Positions 8,898-17,616 of a stretch of DNA of 25,016 nt are shown here, piece by piece; position 1 is the first letter of the stretch; every line of letters starts with the position of its first letter. The notes beneath the pieces are model-generated. The model was not told the origin of the DNA. It saw only the letters and a program-made list of their open reading frames with translations, and ran no database searches. The stretch is from a virus (taxonomy: Duplodnaviria > Caudoviricetes): positions 1 to 25,016 of the IMG/VR virus record IMGVR_UViG_3300032335_000758. One strand, 5' to 3'. A program made the translations under genes and the position numbers.

Positions 8898-9083
8898 ATG
8901 AAAACTTCAAAGAAAACAGCTTTACAAATTAGAAATTTACTACGCATTACAAAAAAGTATGCGGTTATTGGAGAAAACGAATTTCGTAATAAGGATGCAA
9001 GGGAATATCTTCATGCTATGTATTATGATGATAGTACTTTTAATATTATTGATAATGGTTCACATTATCTTATTTGGAATTGA
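8898..9083 (+). CDS. Hypothetical protein
   Basis: ORF between a putative promoter and a terminator, with an A-rich start context. Confidence 0.55.
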   Translation: MKTSKKTALQIRNLLRITKKYAVIGENEFRNKDAREYLHAMYYDDSTFNIIDNGSHYLIWN

Positions 9084-9107
9084 TTTTACGCTTAATAATT
9101 GTTTTAC

Positions 9108-9138
9108 AGGGCAGTCCCCCAGCTGCCCTACTTTTTTT
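9108..9138 (+). terminator. Intrinsic terminator
   Basis: AGGGCAG/CTGCCCT stem followed by a T7 run. Confidence 0.7.
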
Positions 9139-9158
9139 AACCACTAAAAACAACTTAA

Positions 9159-11324
9159 ATGACAAATTATCTTGAATTTTTAAAAACAAAACAAAAAACA
9201 CACATTAATAGTGGGTTTGATATAGATAATGAAATGTTAAATAATAATATGTTTGACTTTCAGAAATTTATTGTTAAAAGAGCCTTAAAAGCTGGTAAGT
9301 ACGCTATTTTTGCTGATTGCGGTTTAGGAAAAACATTAATGCAATTAGAATGGGCTAATCAAGTGTGTAAACACACTAATGGCAAAGTATTAATTTTAGC
9401 TCCTTTGGCCGTTGTTGGTCAGACCATACAAGAAGGATTAAAATTTGGTATTGATATGTCTAATATTGATGTAATAAATTACGAGCAATTAGATAATATT
9501 TCAGTTAATAAATATTCTGGAATAGTACTTGACGAAAGTAGTATTTTAAAAAATTACGAAGGCGCTACAAAAAAGGATATTTTAGAGAATTTTAAATTTA
9601 CTCCTTATAAATTAGCTTGCACCGCCACACCATCGCCAAATGATCCGATGGAATTAGGTAATCATTCTGAATTTTTAGACGTAATGACCAGGAATGAAAT
9701 GCTATCAATGTATTTTATTCACGATGGAGGCGAAACGGCAAAATGGAGGCTTAAAGGTCATGCTACAAAATTATTCTATCAATTTGTTGGTACATGGTCT
9801 ATTATGCTTAGTAAGCCAATGGATATAGGATATGAAATGAATGGCTATAATTTACCTCATCTAAACCTATTAGAAAATCAAATTATTACTCCAAAAAGGC
9901 AGAATGGACAATTATTTAATGATGCTATAATTTCAGCTACAAATTTTAATAGCGAATTAAGGCTAACTAAAATAGAAAGATTAGATGAAGTAGTTGGCAT
10001 TATAAACTCAAAACCAAATGAAAATTTTATTATTTGGATTAAACAAAATGAGGAAGGCGAACTACTTAAAAAATTACTTCCTGAGGCAATAGAAGTAAAA
10101 GGAAGTGATACTAATGAATGGAAAAAAGAAAAATTACTTGGATTTGCAAACAATGAATTTAGAATATTAATTACTAAAACTAAGATTGCAAGTTTTGGAA
10201 TGAATTATCAAAATTGCAATAATCAAATATTTGCAAGTTTAGATTTTTCTTTTGAGGGATTGTATCAAGCAATAAGAAGGTCTTATAGATTTGGTCAAAA
10301 AAATGAAGTTAACATTTATTTGATTACAACAGATACTATGAGTAATGTTAAACAAGCGATTGATTACAAACAAAAACAATTTTTACTAATGCAGGAAGAA
10401 ATGGCAAAAGCGGTAAATTTAAATTTATCTGGAAGTATAATGAGTTCAAAAGTATTTGATATTGCTCATGAAAATAACGAATGGTATAATATTAAAAGAG
10501 GTGATTCGGTTCAGTTAATACAAGATTTACCAGATGAAAGTATAGGATTATCAGTTTTTAGTCCACCTTTTGCAGAATTATATACTTACTCAAATCACAT
10601 TGAGGATATGGGTAATTCAAAAGATTACAATGAATTTTTAACTCAGTTTAATTTTTTAATAAAAGAACTACATAGGGTAATGATGCAAGGTAGAAATGTG
10701 TGCGTGCATTGTATGGATTTACCTATTCAAAAAGGCAAAGAAGGATATATTGGATTAAGAGATTTTTCCGGAATGATTTTGAAAGCATTTGAAGAAGCTG
10801 GATTTATTTACGCAAGTAGAATTACTATTTGGAAAGATCCAGTCGTAGAAATGCAAAGAACTAAAGCATTAGGATTATTGCATAAACAAATAAAAAAAGA
10901 CTCTACAATGTCCAGAGTGGGTATTCCTGATTATGTAATGATTTTTAGAAAAGATGGTGAAAGAAACAACCCTGTAAAAAATACTGAATTAAGCGTTGAT
11001 TTGTGGCAAAAATACGCTTCGCCTGTATGGATGGATATTAATTATGGAAATACATTACAGGGATATAGAAATGGTAGAGAAGAAAATGATGAAAAACATA
11101 TTTGTCCTTTACAATTAGATACCATTGAAAGATTAATTCATTTATATTCAAATAAAGGCGATACTGTTTTTACTCCATTTATGGGAATTGGAAGCGAAGT
11201 ATATCAAGCTGTAAAAATGAATAGAAAAGGCATAGGTTTTGAATTAAAAGAAAGTTATTATGATTTAGCTAAAGCTAATTTAAAATCTGTTGTATCATTA
11301 AAATCTCAAACTACATTATTTTAA
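9159..11324 (+). CDS. SNF2-like helicase fused to a beta-class N4/N6 DNA methyltransferase
   Basis: DCGLGKT, LDESS, TATPSPND, GMNYQ, QAIRRSYRFGQ helicase motifs; SPPF (motif IV), HICP and TPFMGIGS (motif I) MTase motifs. Confidence 0.9.
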   Translation: MTNYLEFLKTKQKTHINSGFDIDNEMLNNNMFDFQKFIVKRALKAGKYAIFADCGLGKTLMQLEWANQVCKHTNGKVLILAPLAVVGQTIQEGLKFGIDMSNIDVINYEQLDNISVNKYSGIVLDESSILKNYEGATKKDILENFKFTPYKLACTATPSPNDPMELGNHSEFLDVMTRNEMLSMYFIHDGGETAKWRLKGHATKLFYQFVGTWSIMLSKPMDIGYEMNGYNLPHLNLLENQIITPKRQNGQLFNDAIISATNFNSELRLTKIERLDEVVGIINSKPNENFIIWIKQNEEGELLKKLLPEAIEVKGSDTNEWKKEKLLGFANNEFRILITKTKIASFGMNYQNCNNQIFASLDFSFEGLYQAIRRSYRFGQKNEVNIYLITTDTMSNVKQAIDYKQKQFLLMQEEMAKAVNLNLSGSIMSSKVFDIAHENNEWYNIKRGDSVQLIQDLPDESIGLSVFSPPFAELYTYSNHIEDMGNSKDYNEFLTQFNFLIKELHRVMMQGRNVCVHCMDLPIQKGKEGYIGLRDFSGMILKAFEEAGFIYASRITIWKDPVVEMQRTKALGLLHKQIKKDSTMSRVGIPDYVMIFRKDGERNNPVKNTELSVDLWQKYASPVWMDINYGNTLQGYRNGREENDEKHICPLQLDTIERLIHLYSNKGDTVFTPFMGIGSEVYQAVKMNRKGIGFELKESYYDLAKANLKSVVSLKSQTTLF

Positions 11325-11335
11325 AAACGCATTAC

Positions 11336-11596
11336 ATGAACGACATTAGCAAACGATTTGCATCCTACCTTATGGATGATTATCACATTAAAGGAACAAC
11401 AGAGGAGGATGTTGACAAAGCTATTAACAAAATCTTCCGCTACGAATTACTTGACGATGCCCAGCAAGTGTTATTTAACGAAATTATGACAGAAGCACTC
11501 GATGTGCCTTGGATAGCGGAGCAGCTCACCGATGTGTGGGATAGATACGAACAAGAGATTTTAGACTGCAAAAAAGAAGATTATGAAAATCGTTAA
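11336..11596 (+). CDS. Hypothetical acidic protein
   Basis: ORF in the operon. Confidence 0.6.
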   Translation: MNDISKRFASYLMDDYHIKGTTEEDVDKAINKIFRYELLDDAQQVLFNEIMTEALDVPWIAEQLTDVWDRYEQEILDCKKEDYENR

Positions 11597-12005
11597 AGGT
11601 GTAGTTAAGTACGGTGCAGGTGCGCCAAGGGAAGGACAATATGGGCCTTCAATAAATATCCTTGTAACTCTTGAGGATCAAAGCCAAGTCAGAGTGTACG
11701 GAAAGCCTGGCGATGTCATAGAGAGATATAAATCTGGGCAGAACATACAGCTAATTGATGACAAAGGTAAATACAAGGTAGTTGAGGATGAGCAGCAAAC
11801 AATGCCAGCACCGACTGGAATAGCAGTAATTGATCAGCAAAGCGAAAAACCAGACTTGGCTGCATTGGTCTTTGAAATGTCTGCTATTTACTCACAGGCA
11901 TACATTGACATTTACAATAAGATAAGTGAGGCTGGAGTGCCGCATGATAATGCAACGGCTGCGACAAGCACTATCTTTATACAGGTATTTCAGAAATTGA
12001 GGTGA
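11583..12005 (+). CDS. Hypothetical protein (beta-rich N-terminus, possibly OB-fold)
   Basis: GQYGPSINILVTL..VRVYG beta pattern; lies near the nuclease gene. Confidence 0.55.
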   Translation: MKIVKGVVKYGAGAPREGQYGPSINILVTLEDQSQVRVYGKPGDVIERYKSGQNIQLIDDKGKYKVVEDEQQTMPAPTGIAVIDQQSEKPDLAALVFEMSAIYSQAYIDIYNKISEAGVPHDNATAATSTIFIQVFQKLR

Positions 12006-12017
12006 ATGACTTATAAT

Positions 12018-12045
12018 GAGGCAGTAACTGCGCTGCCTCTTTTTT
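12018..12045 (+). terminator. Intrinsic terminator
   Basis: GAGGCAG/CTGCCTC stem plus T6. Confidence 0.75.
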
Positions 12046-12066
12046 AAAAAATTAAAAACAAAACAA

Positions 12067-12315
12067 ATGGCTTTAGATAGAAAAACACCGTTCAATGTCT
12101 CATTTTATGACCATGAACAAGAAAAGATACAAAGCTGGGCATTAACTGGCAGTTCAAGATTAGCTTTATTAGTACATACTATTGCATTTCAAAAAGATAA
12201 AATAGAAGCTAACAATATTAATAAAGAAGAAATAATCAAATCAGCATTAGATTACCTTATTCATGATTTAAAGAAATTTTTGCAAACACCATACACAACA
12301 GAAGATAATGCTTAA
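12067..12315 (+). CDS. Hypothetical protein
   Basis: ORF overlapping the next gene. Confidence 0.6.
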   Translation: MALDRKTPFNVSFYDHEQEKIQSWALTGSSRLALLVHTIAFQKDKIEANNINKEEIIKSALDYLIHDLKKFLQTPYTTEDNA

Positions 12316-13204
12316 ACTACCAAGACCACACCTTTCTATCTCGCAAATTAATCTTTGGGAGTCTGATCCCTCTGCTTACATGAAAAGGTATTTTCTAAAC
12401 ATTCCCGATGCACCTTCTCCCATGATGGAATTTGGAAAGCAGTTTGCTAGTGACATTGAGGATTATTGTAAGGGTGAGCAAAGAGAGTTTAATTTTCCAC
12501 CTAACTTTTTACAAAATATTTATTTATATCCTCATGTAGAATATAAACTGGAACATGATTTTGGAGATTTTAAATTTCTTGGCTACATTGACAATGCCTC
12601 TGAAAACTTTGGAATTATCCGAGACTTTAAAACAGGGACTGCTGCCTGGACACAAGATAGATTAGAAAATAGCCTTCAAATGATGGCTTATAGTTTAATT
12701 TTGTTTAAGCAAAAAACTGTATTACCTACTTGTTTTATTGACTATTACAAGACAAGAATAAGAGGCAAAAGCATGGAGTGGACAGATGTGCATGAAACAT
12801 ACCAGCACACCTTTACAATGCAAGACTTGGCAAAGACAGAGATTAGAATAAGGAAAGCAGCGGAGGAAATAGCGGAAGCCTATGAGTTGCATTGTAATGA
12901 GGATTTAGAAGTTTTAATATTAAAATATATAAAGTTTGACAATGATATTAAATGGTTAACAGAAAAAAGAGATAAATATAGAAAGGAAATAGAGCAGCAG
13001 TTGCAGAATAGTAGGTATATGGTTCAAGTTGATGATAAGATTTTAAGCTACTCAACTTATCAAAAAAAGTCATATACTCATAGCTTAGAACTACAAGAAA
13101 GAGAGGAGCAACTTGCTGCACAGAAGAAGCAGGAAATACTTTACGGAGTAGCTTTAGAAGAAACAAAGACAGTAACATTGTTAACGGTAAAAGACGCAAA
13201 GTGA
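12308..13204 (+). CDS. PD-(D/E)XK (RecB-like) nuclease with a C-terminal coiled coil
   Basis: LS.SQI..W, E, GYID...IIRDFKTG, Q...Y motifs. Confidence 0.85.
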   Translation: MLKLPRPHLSISQINLWESDPSAYMKRYFLNIPDAPSPMMEFGKQFASDIEDYCKGEQREFNFPPNFLQNIYLYPHVEYKLEHDFGDFKFLGYIDNASENFGIIRDFKTGTAAWTQDRLENSLQMMAYSLILFKQKTVLPTCFIDYYKTRIRGKSMEWTDVHETYQHTFTMQDLAKTEIRIRKAAEEIAEAYELHCNEDLEVLILKYIKFDNDIKWLTEKRDKYRKEIEQQLQNSRYMVQVDDKILSYSTYQKKSYTHSLELQEREEQLAAQKKQEILYGVALEETKTVTLLTVKDAK

Positions 13205-13611
13205 AAGAGTACAATGCTCAAATGATTGAGATTAAAGCCTTTTGTGATGAGGTTAACGCATGGATTAGCACTGCTCCATCTGCGGAAATGCTTGATGAAT
13301 GTGACGAGTACCTGCGGCAGTTATCAGCTTACTATTCACGCTACACTGTTATCTCTGGCTTGAATGAAAGTATATATAGCCAACTACTAATGATGTGCAT
13401 TCGTGATATGCCGGAAGAAGAGTATAAAAGAATAAAGCACTCCTCTACATTGACAGATTACTATGTAAAGGGCAAGTATCCCAAGGCTACGGCAATCTTT
13501 GAGCAATGCCGAGCCGTAAAGCAGCTTTTACTTACAACCAGTGAACTTTACCGCACATTACTTAGTAGCTTTCGCCAGGAAAGAATATTAGTAGGTCACA
13601 TAACTACATAA
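13201..13611 (+). CDS. Hypothetical helical protein (GTG start)
   Basis: GTGA overlap with the nuclease gene. Confidence 0.65.
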   Translation: MKEYNAQMIEIKAFCDEVNAWISTAPSAEMLDECDEYLRQLSAYYSRYTVISGLNESIYSQLLMMCIRDMPEEEYKRIKHSSTLTDYYVKGKYPKATAIFEQCRAVKQLLLTTSELYRTLLSSFRQERILVGHITT

Positions 13612-13625
13612 AAAATATTTGCAGA

Positions 13626-13807
13626 CCTCGGAGTAGGATGTTTTGTTTATTGATTAAACATTTCTTTCCATCCTATTGCGTCAGAGGATGAATTGGCAGT
13701 CTGGAAATAGACAGGCATTTAGCAAGGTGGTAAAAATTAATCTGCGTTTTTTCCTCACGAGGGTTTAGCTGCTTAAGTAAAAACTATTTAATTTTTGCCC
13801 CTTGCTA
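13626..13807 (+). ncRNA. Candidate structured RNA in the intergenic region upstream of thyX
   Basis: Nested stems TAGGATG/CATCCTA and TGTTTA/TAAACA, GTCT-GGAAAT-AGAC hairpin, long stem TAGCAAGG..AAAAATTAA/TTAATTTTT..CCTTGCTA. Confidence 0.4.
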
Positions 13808-13848
13808 CATTTTTAAACCATATCGTTGACATCAAAAAATGATAAACA

Positions 13849-14490
13849 ATGAAAATAGAACTATTAGAAATATTTGGCAATGATGAAATGGTAGTTAATG
13901 CAGCTCGCGTAAGCTACGGAAAAGAAGCAGTTAATTACACGAGCGGAGAAAACAGAAACTTAATCAACTATCTTGCCTCGCATGGTCACACCTCACCTTT
14001 TCGACATCCTCAGATTCAATTCCGGATAACTTGCCCTATCTACGTTGAAAGGCAGTTGTTCAAGCACCAAGTAGGTTTATCTGCCAATAGTATCTCTGGC
14101 AGATATGTAGATTTTATAGATAACTATTACAGGATAGAAGATTTTAGATTACAGAGTAAAAGCAGTAAACAAGGCAGCGGAGGAGATTTAGAGATGTATG
14201 ACAATGATGCAGCGTTAATAATACAAGATGCTGTTATTAATTATTGCGCTACTGCTTACCATGAGCTGTTGCAGTTGGGAGTGGCAAAAGAACAAGCGCG
14301 TACCATTTTACCGTTAAATTTAAATACAACTTTTATCTGGACCGGATCTCTTTATGCTTACATCAATATGTTTAAGCAAAGAATTGACATCCATGCCCAG
14401 GCAGAAACAAGGTTTATTGCTATGGAGATGCTGCATGAGTTAAAACTAACAAATAAATTTGTATTATCTTTAGAAGCATTTCACCTATGA
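13849..14490 (+). CDS. thyX: FAD-dependent thymidylate synthase
   Basis: VNAARVSY, GHTSPFRH, PIYVERQLFKH..S.N..SGRY, KEQARTILP, R...HAQAE. Confidence 0.95.
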   Translation: MKIELLEIFGNDEMVVNAARVSYGKEAVNYTSGENRNLINYLASHGHTSPFRHPQIQFRITCPIYVERQLFKHQVGLSANSISGRYVDFIDNYYRIEDFRLQSKSSKQGSGGDLEMYDNDAALIIQDAVINYCATAYHELLQLGVAKEQARTILPLNLNTTFIWTGSLYAYINMFKQRIDIHAQAETRFIAMEMLHELKLTNKFVLSLEAFHL

Positions 14491-14801
14491 AAGAAGCTAT
14501 CAGACACAATGAAAATAAACTACGCTACGACCTTTGCCCTGCCATTGCACAAAGGGAATACGCCAAGGTATGGACGCAAGGTTTAGAAAAATATCCTGCC
14601 GGTAACTGGGAGAAAGGCTTTCCCTTCTCTGTTGTCATTGCCTCCGCTATGCGACATTTGGAAGCCATGCGACTTGGTGAAATGATTGATAATGAAAGCG
14701 GGCTTTTGCATTCAGCACACCTAATGTGCAATGCTGCAATGCTAACTGAATTTTATTTTACTCACCCAGAACTAAATGATTTACAAAAACAAATAAAATG
14801 A
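14487..14801 (+). CDS. dATP/dGTP diphosphohydrolase N-terminal domain protein (DUF5664-like)
   Basis: KLRYDL.P, G.EKY..GNWEKG, RHL, D.ESGL.H.AH motifs. Confidence 0.85.
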   Translation: MKEAIRHNENKLRYDLCPAIAQREYAKVWTQGLEKYPAGNWEKGFPFSVVIASAMRHLEAMRLGEMIDNESGLLHSAHLMCNAAMLTEFYFTHPELNDLQKQIK

Positions 14802-15331
14802 TTTTAACAGACAAAACAATCATTGACGAAATCATCGAAGGCAACATTGTCATCGAGCCACTTGTTAGGTCAAACATTGGTACTAACAGTGTGGACTTAA
14901 CACTGAGCAATACTTTGCTAATGTACACCGATCAAGTTCTTGACACCAGGAAGAAGAATGCTTATGCTCCTATGATTATTCCCGAAGAAGGAATGATTTT
15001 ACAGCCAAACATTTTATACCTTGCCTCAACTGTCGAATATACGGAGACACTTCGGCACGTTCCAATAATTCAAGGCAAATCGAGTTTAGGAAGATTAGGT
15101 TTATTTGTCCATGTGACTGCAGGTTTTGGAGATGTAAATTTTAGAGGGCATTGGACTTTAGAACTTGTTTGTGTACAACCTGTAAAGATTTATCCATACA
15201 TGAAGATTGCACAAATTTGCTACCACGACATAAGCGAAATGCCATACACCGACTATGCCAGCAAGGCAGATGCAAAGTATAATGACCAAGGCAAAGATCC
15301 AGTAGCAAGTAAAAACTATTTAAACAGATAA
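14798..15331 (+). CDS. dcd: dCTP deaminase
   Basis: MILTD, SVDLTL, LAST.E, GKSSLGRLGL.VH.TAGF.D..FRG..TLE, IAQI. Confidence 0.93.
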   Translation: MILTDKTIIDEIIEGNIVIEPLVRSNIGTNSVDLTLSNTLLMYTDQVLDTRKKNAYAPMIIPEEGMILQPNILYLASTVEYTETLRHVPIIQGKSSLGRLGLFVHVTAGFGDVNFRGHWTLELVCVQPVKIYPYMKIAQICYHDISEMPYTDYASKADAKYNDQGKDPVASKNYLNR

Positions 15332-15333
15332 TT

Positions 15334-15462
15334 ATGCTAACAGAACAAGAAAAACAGAAATTAGGCAAAGAGATTGCGCTCATCATTGTATTGATTGGAG
15401 GTATCTTGACTTTATCTTATGCCATTTATTTTATTGTTGACACTTTAAAAAAATGGTACTAA
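15334..15462 (+). CDS. Small single-pass membrane protein (42 aa; not in the ORF track)
   Basis: MLTEQEKQKLGKEIALIIVLIGGILTLSYAIYFIVDTLKKWY fills the gap after dcd and couples to the next gene by TAATG. Confidence 0.65.
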   Translation: MLTEQEKQKLGKEIALIIVLIGGILTLSYAIYFIVDTLKKWY

Positions 15463-15650
15463 TGGAGGTTAAAACAAATCGCTTTATAATAAAGTACAGG
15501 GAAGGCATTGTTAGTGTAGCTGCTAAAGATGTAGCGGAGGCAATCGAAAGATTTAAAGAATTACGGATTGAAACGTGCGCAAAAGAATTAACTATTGTAC
15601 CAGATGATGAAATGTATAAACGCAGAGAAGAAATTTTCCGAAAGGAGTGA
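15462..15650 (+). CDS. Hypothetical protein (start likely 15462)
   Basis: TAATG coupling with the upstream small ORF. Confidence 0.6.
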   Translation: MEVKTNRFIIKYREGIVSVAAKDVAEAIERFKELRIETCAKELTIVPDDEMYKRREEIFRKE

Positions 15651-15663
15651 TTAGTGGTTTTCG

Positions 15664-15696
15664 GTGGGAAGTAATTTTATTTCCCACTTTTTTTTT
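15664..15696 (+). terminator. Intrinsic terminator
   Basis: GTGGGAA/TTCCCAC stem plus T9. Confidence 0.75.
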
Positions 15697-15710
15697 ATTT
15701 TATTATTATA

Positions 15711-15739
15711 TATAAATATACTTTGTATATTTGCCTATC
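15711..15739 (+). promoter_or_regulatory. Putative promoter/operator, copy 2
   Basis: tataaatatactttgtatatttgcctatc contains the TATATTTG -7 box; near-identical to 8827-8855. Confidence 0.65.
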
Positions 15740-15763
15740 ATTAATTATTAAAACATCACAAAC

Positions 15764-16663
15764 ATGAAAAAGAATTTTAACAATCAGAATTTTGAATGGC
15801 TATTTCAGGACATTACTTCCTCAATGCCAAAGATTATTTTTACAGGTATTATCCTAACATACCTTATTACCGCAGCTCTTAACGTGTACTTCCTTCCCCT
15901 TCCGCTGCTACTTTCTATTCCTGCATCACTTATGCTCCAGTTTGGCAGATTTGCCGTTGTCTTTATTGATTTCCTTAATCCATCCGACAAGCGAAGTAAA
16001 TACCCTCCGCGTGTTGCTGCCATTGCTACAGTGATCGCTTTGCTTGAGTTATGGTTTAGCATTCAAGGTCAAACAACTGGCGCAGAGTTCTGGGCTATGT
16101 TTTTCTTCATTGGTGCTATTATTTGCTTTGGCTATGTGTTAGAGATACAGTTTATTGAAAAAGGCATAGAGGCATACGGAATAGGTATAAAAGAGCCAAG
16201 GACAAGGAGGAGAGTAGTAAGGGAGGTAACTAAGACAAACATCAGCAGCACACAGCCGATAAAATTTACAATGGCCGTTTGCTTTATCTTGGCAGTTGGC
16301 TACTTACCAGCACAGAATAATCACTTTATGGCATATAACACTATGAGCCTTGAAAAGATAGATAAGGGATTATTGGAAAGAAGATTTTACAGTGAAGCAG
16401 ATGAATCTTATACAATCGACACCATAACTTATGATATGTTATCCGGTATTGATTTGTGGGATGGATATAGCAGAACCACATACGATAACTGTTTATTCAT
16501 GACTTACGGCACACAAAACATAGAATACTTTCCATTAGCAGGTGTATGGAAGTATAAAAATAAATACTATGACTACATTGGACTTTTAAAATTTGTAAGC
16601 AAGTATGTTAAAACTAACTTTCTAAATAAAAAAATAAGTTATGGCAAAATTCGTAGGCATTGA
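15764..16663 (+). CDS. Multi-pass membrane protein with an internal signal-peptide-like segment and soluble C-terminal domain
   Basis: About four hydrophobic helices, a basic linker, then KFTMAVCFILAVGYLPA|QNN. Confidence 0.7.
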   Translation: MKKNFNNQNFEWLFQDITSSMPKIIFTGIILTYLITAALNVYFLPLPLLLSIPASLMLQFGRFAVVFIDFLNPSDKRSKYPPRVAAIATVIALLELWFSIQGQTTGAEFWAMFFFIGAIICFGYVLEIQFIEKGIEAYGIGIKEPRTRRRVVREVTKTNISSTQPIKFTMAVCFILAVGYLPAQNNHFMAYNTMSLEKIDKGLLERRFYSEADESYTIDTITYDMLSGIDLWDGYSRTTYDNCLFMTYGTQNIEYFPLAGVWKYKNKYYDYIGLLKFVSKYVKTNFLNKKISYGKIRRH

Positions 16664-17099
16664 CCCATCAATGCGATTAAATGGCTTTGCCGTTTGTATC
16701 ATTGATGAAGACAAAGTTTATTTTGGAAAGTATAAGAAACTTGCTGACTGGGCAAAAGACGCATTGACCTGGGCAACAGACATTAAAGTAGTAGTTGAAG
16801 ATTCATCTTTGCAAAATATTACTTTTAAAAAATATGTCGATGGAAGGGCAAGAACAAAGATCAGCCGCAATGTAGGCATGAATCAAAGTGCCAGTAGATT
16901 TACTATTGATTGGTTAGAATTGTACGGACATACTGTAAAAGGAATATCACCACAGGACAAAGGTAGCAAATGGACGTTGGATTATGCAATGTCTGTAATT
17001 AAAGGAATGAAGCTGGAAGTAACAGGAAACAAAAAATTATCACAAGATGAAATTGACGCTTTCCAATTAGCGTTAATATCAAAAGCATATTTTAAATGA
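16641..17099 (+). CDS. RuvC-like Holliday junction resolvase
   Basis: FVGIDPS, VVVED, QDEIDA RNase H-fold acidic residues. Confidence 0.75.
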   Translation: MAKFVGIDPSMRLNGFAVCIIDEDKVYFGKYKKLADWAKDALTWATDIKVVVEDSSLQNITFKKYVDGRARTKISRNVGMNQSASRFTIDWLELYGHTVKGISPQDKGSKWTLDYAMSVIKGMKLEVTGNKKLSQDEIDAFQLALISKAYFK

Positions 17100-17272
17100 T
17101 ACAGGAAAAAGTAATTAGAAAACGTCTTAACAATCTTGAAAAGATTTATATAGCTGAATCGCTTAAGGATAAAAATAGACAAAATAAATGGTTTATGGAC
17201 ATTATTGTCCAAAGAATCAAACAGGAAAAAACTAAACTTACACTCTTAAAAATAGGAACACATGGCTGCTAA
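17096..17272 (+). CDS. Hypothetical basic protein (58 aa; not in the ORF track)
   Basis: MIQEKVIRKRLNNLE...GTHGC; ATGA overlap upstream and overlap with the next gene. Confidence 0.55.
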   Translation: MIQEKVIRKRLNNLEKIYIAESLKDKNRQNKWFMDIIVQRIKQEKTKLTLLKIGTHGC

Positions 17273-17555
17273 GAATTACGGGATGGATAAAAAACAAATA
17301 GCACTATGTGAGGCTATGGTAGTTAAGTATCCAAAAGGAATTAAGACAAACAATGTCGTATCATCCACATCAACACTTATATCTTTTTACAATAGCAAAG
17401 ACGAAAGAAATAAACAATTTTACCAGTATATGAATCCCGAAAGAATGGTATCTTTGTTATGGCAAGTAGTTAAAATAAATAGCGAGAAAGAGGATGTAAA
17501 AGAGGCAGCCGTTAGAATGTTAAATAAGTTATTAGAAAATATAGTTGTTAAATAA
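17262..17555 (+). CDS. Hypothetical protein
   Basis: Last ORF of the plus-strand block. Confidence 0.6.
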   Translation: MAAKNYGMDKKQIALCEAMVVKYPKGIKTNNVVSSTSTLISFYNSKDERNKQFYQYMNPERMVSLLWQVVKINSEKEDVKEAAVRMLNKLLENIVVK

Positions 17556-17586
17556 TGTTTGTGAGTGTTTAGAAAAGGTGTTTGAG

Positions 17587-17616
17587 AGGAGCAAGAGAGA
17601 TACTTGCTCCTTTTTT
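17587..17616 (+). terminator. Intrinsic terminator at the convergence of the two gene blocks
   Basis: AGGAGCAAG/CTTGCTCCT stem plus T-run. Confidence 0.75.

Noticed and set aside
12308-13204. Cas4/CRISPR system
   Set aside because: No Fe-S Cys cluster pattern, no other cas genes and no repeat-spacer array seen
13721-13807. Functional tRNA gene
   Set aside because: Acceptor-like stem and length fit, but there is no TTCRA T-loop, no GG D-loop and no clear anticodon arm
14487-14801. 2-aminoadenine (Z-genome) pathway
   Set aside because: No purZ or phage DNA polymerase in the window; the neighbours are pyrimidine-pathway genes
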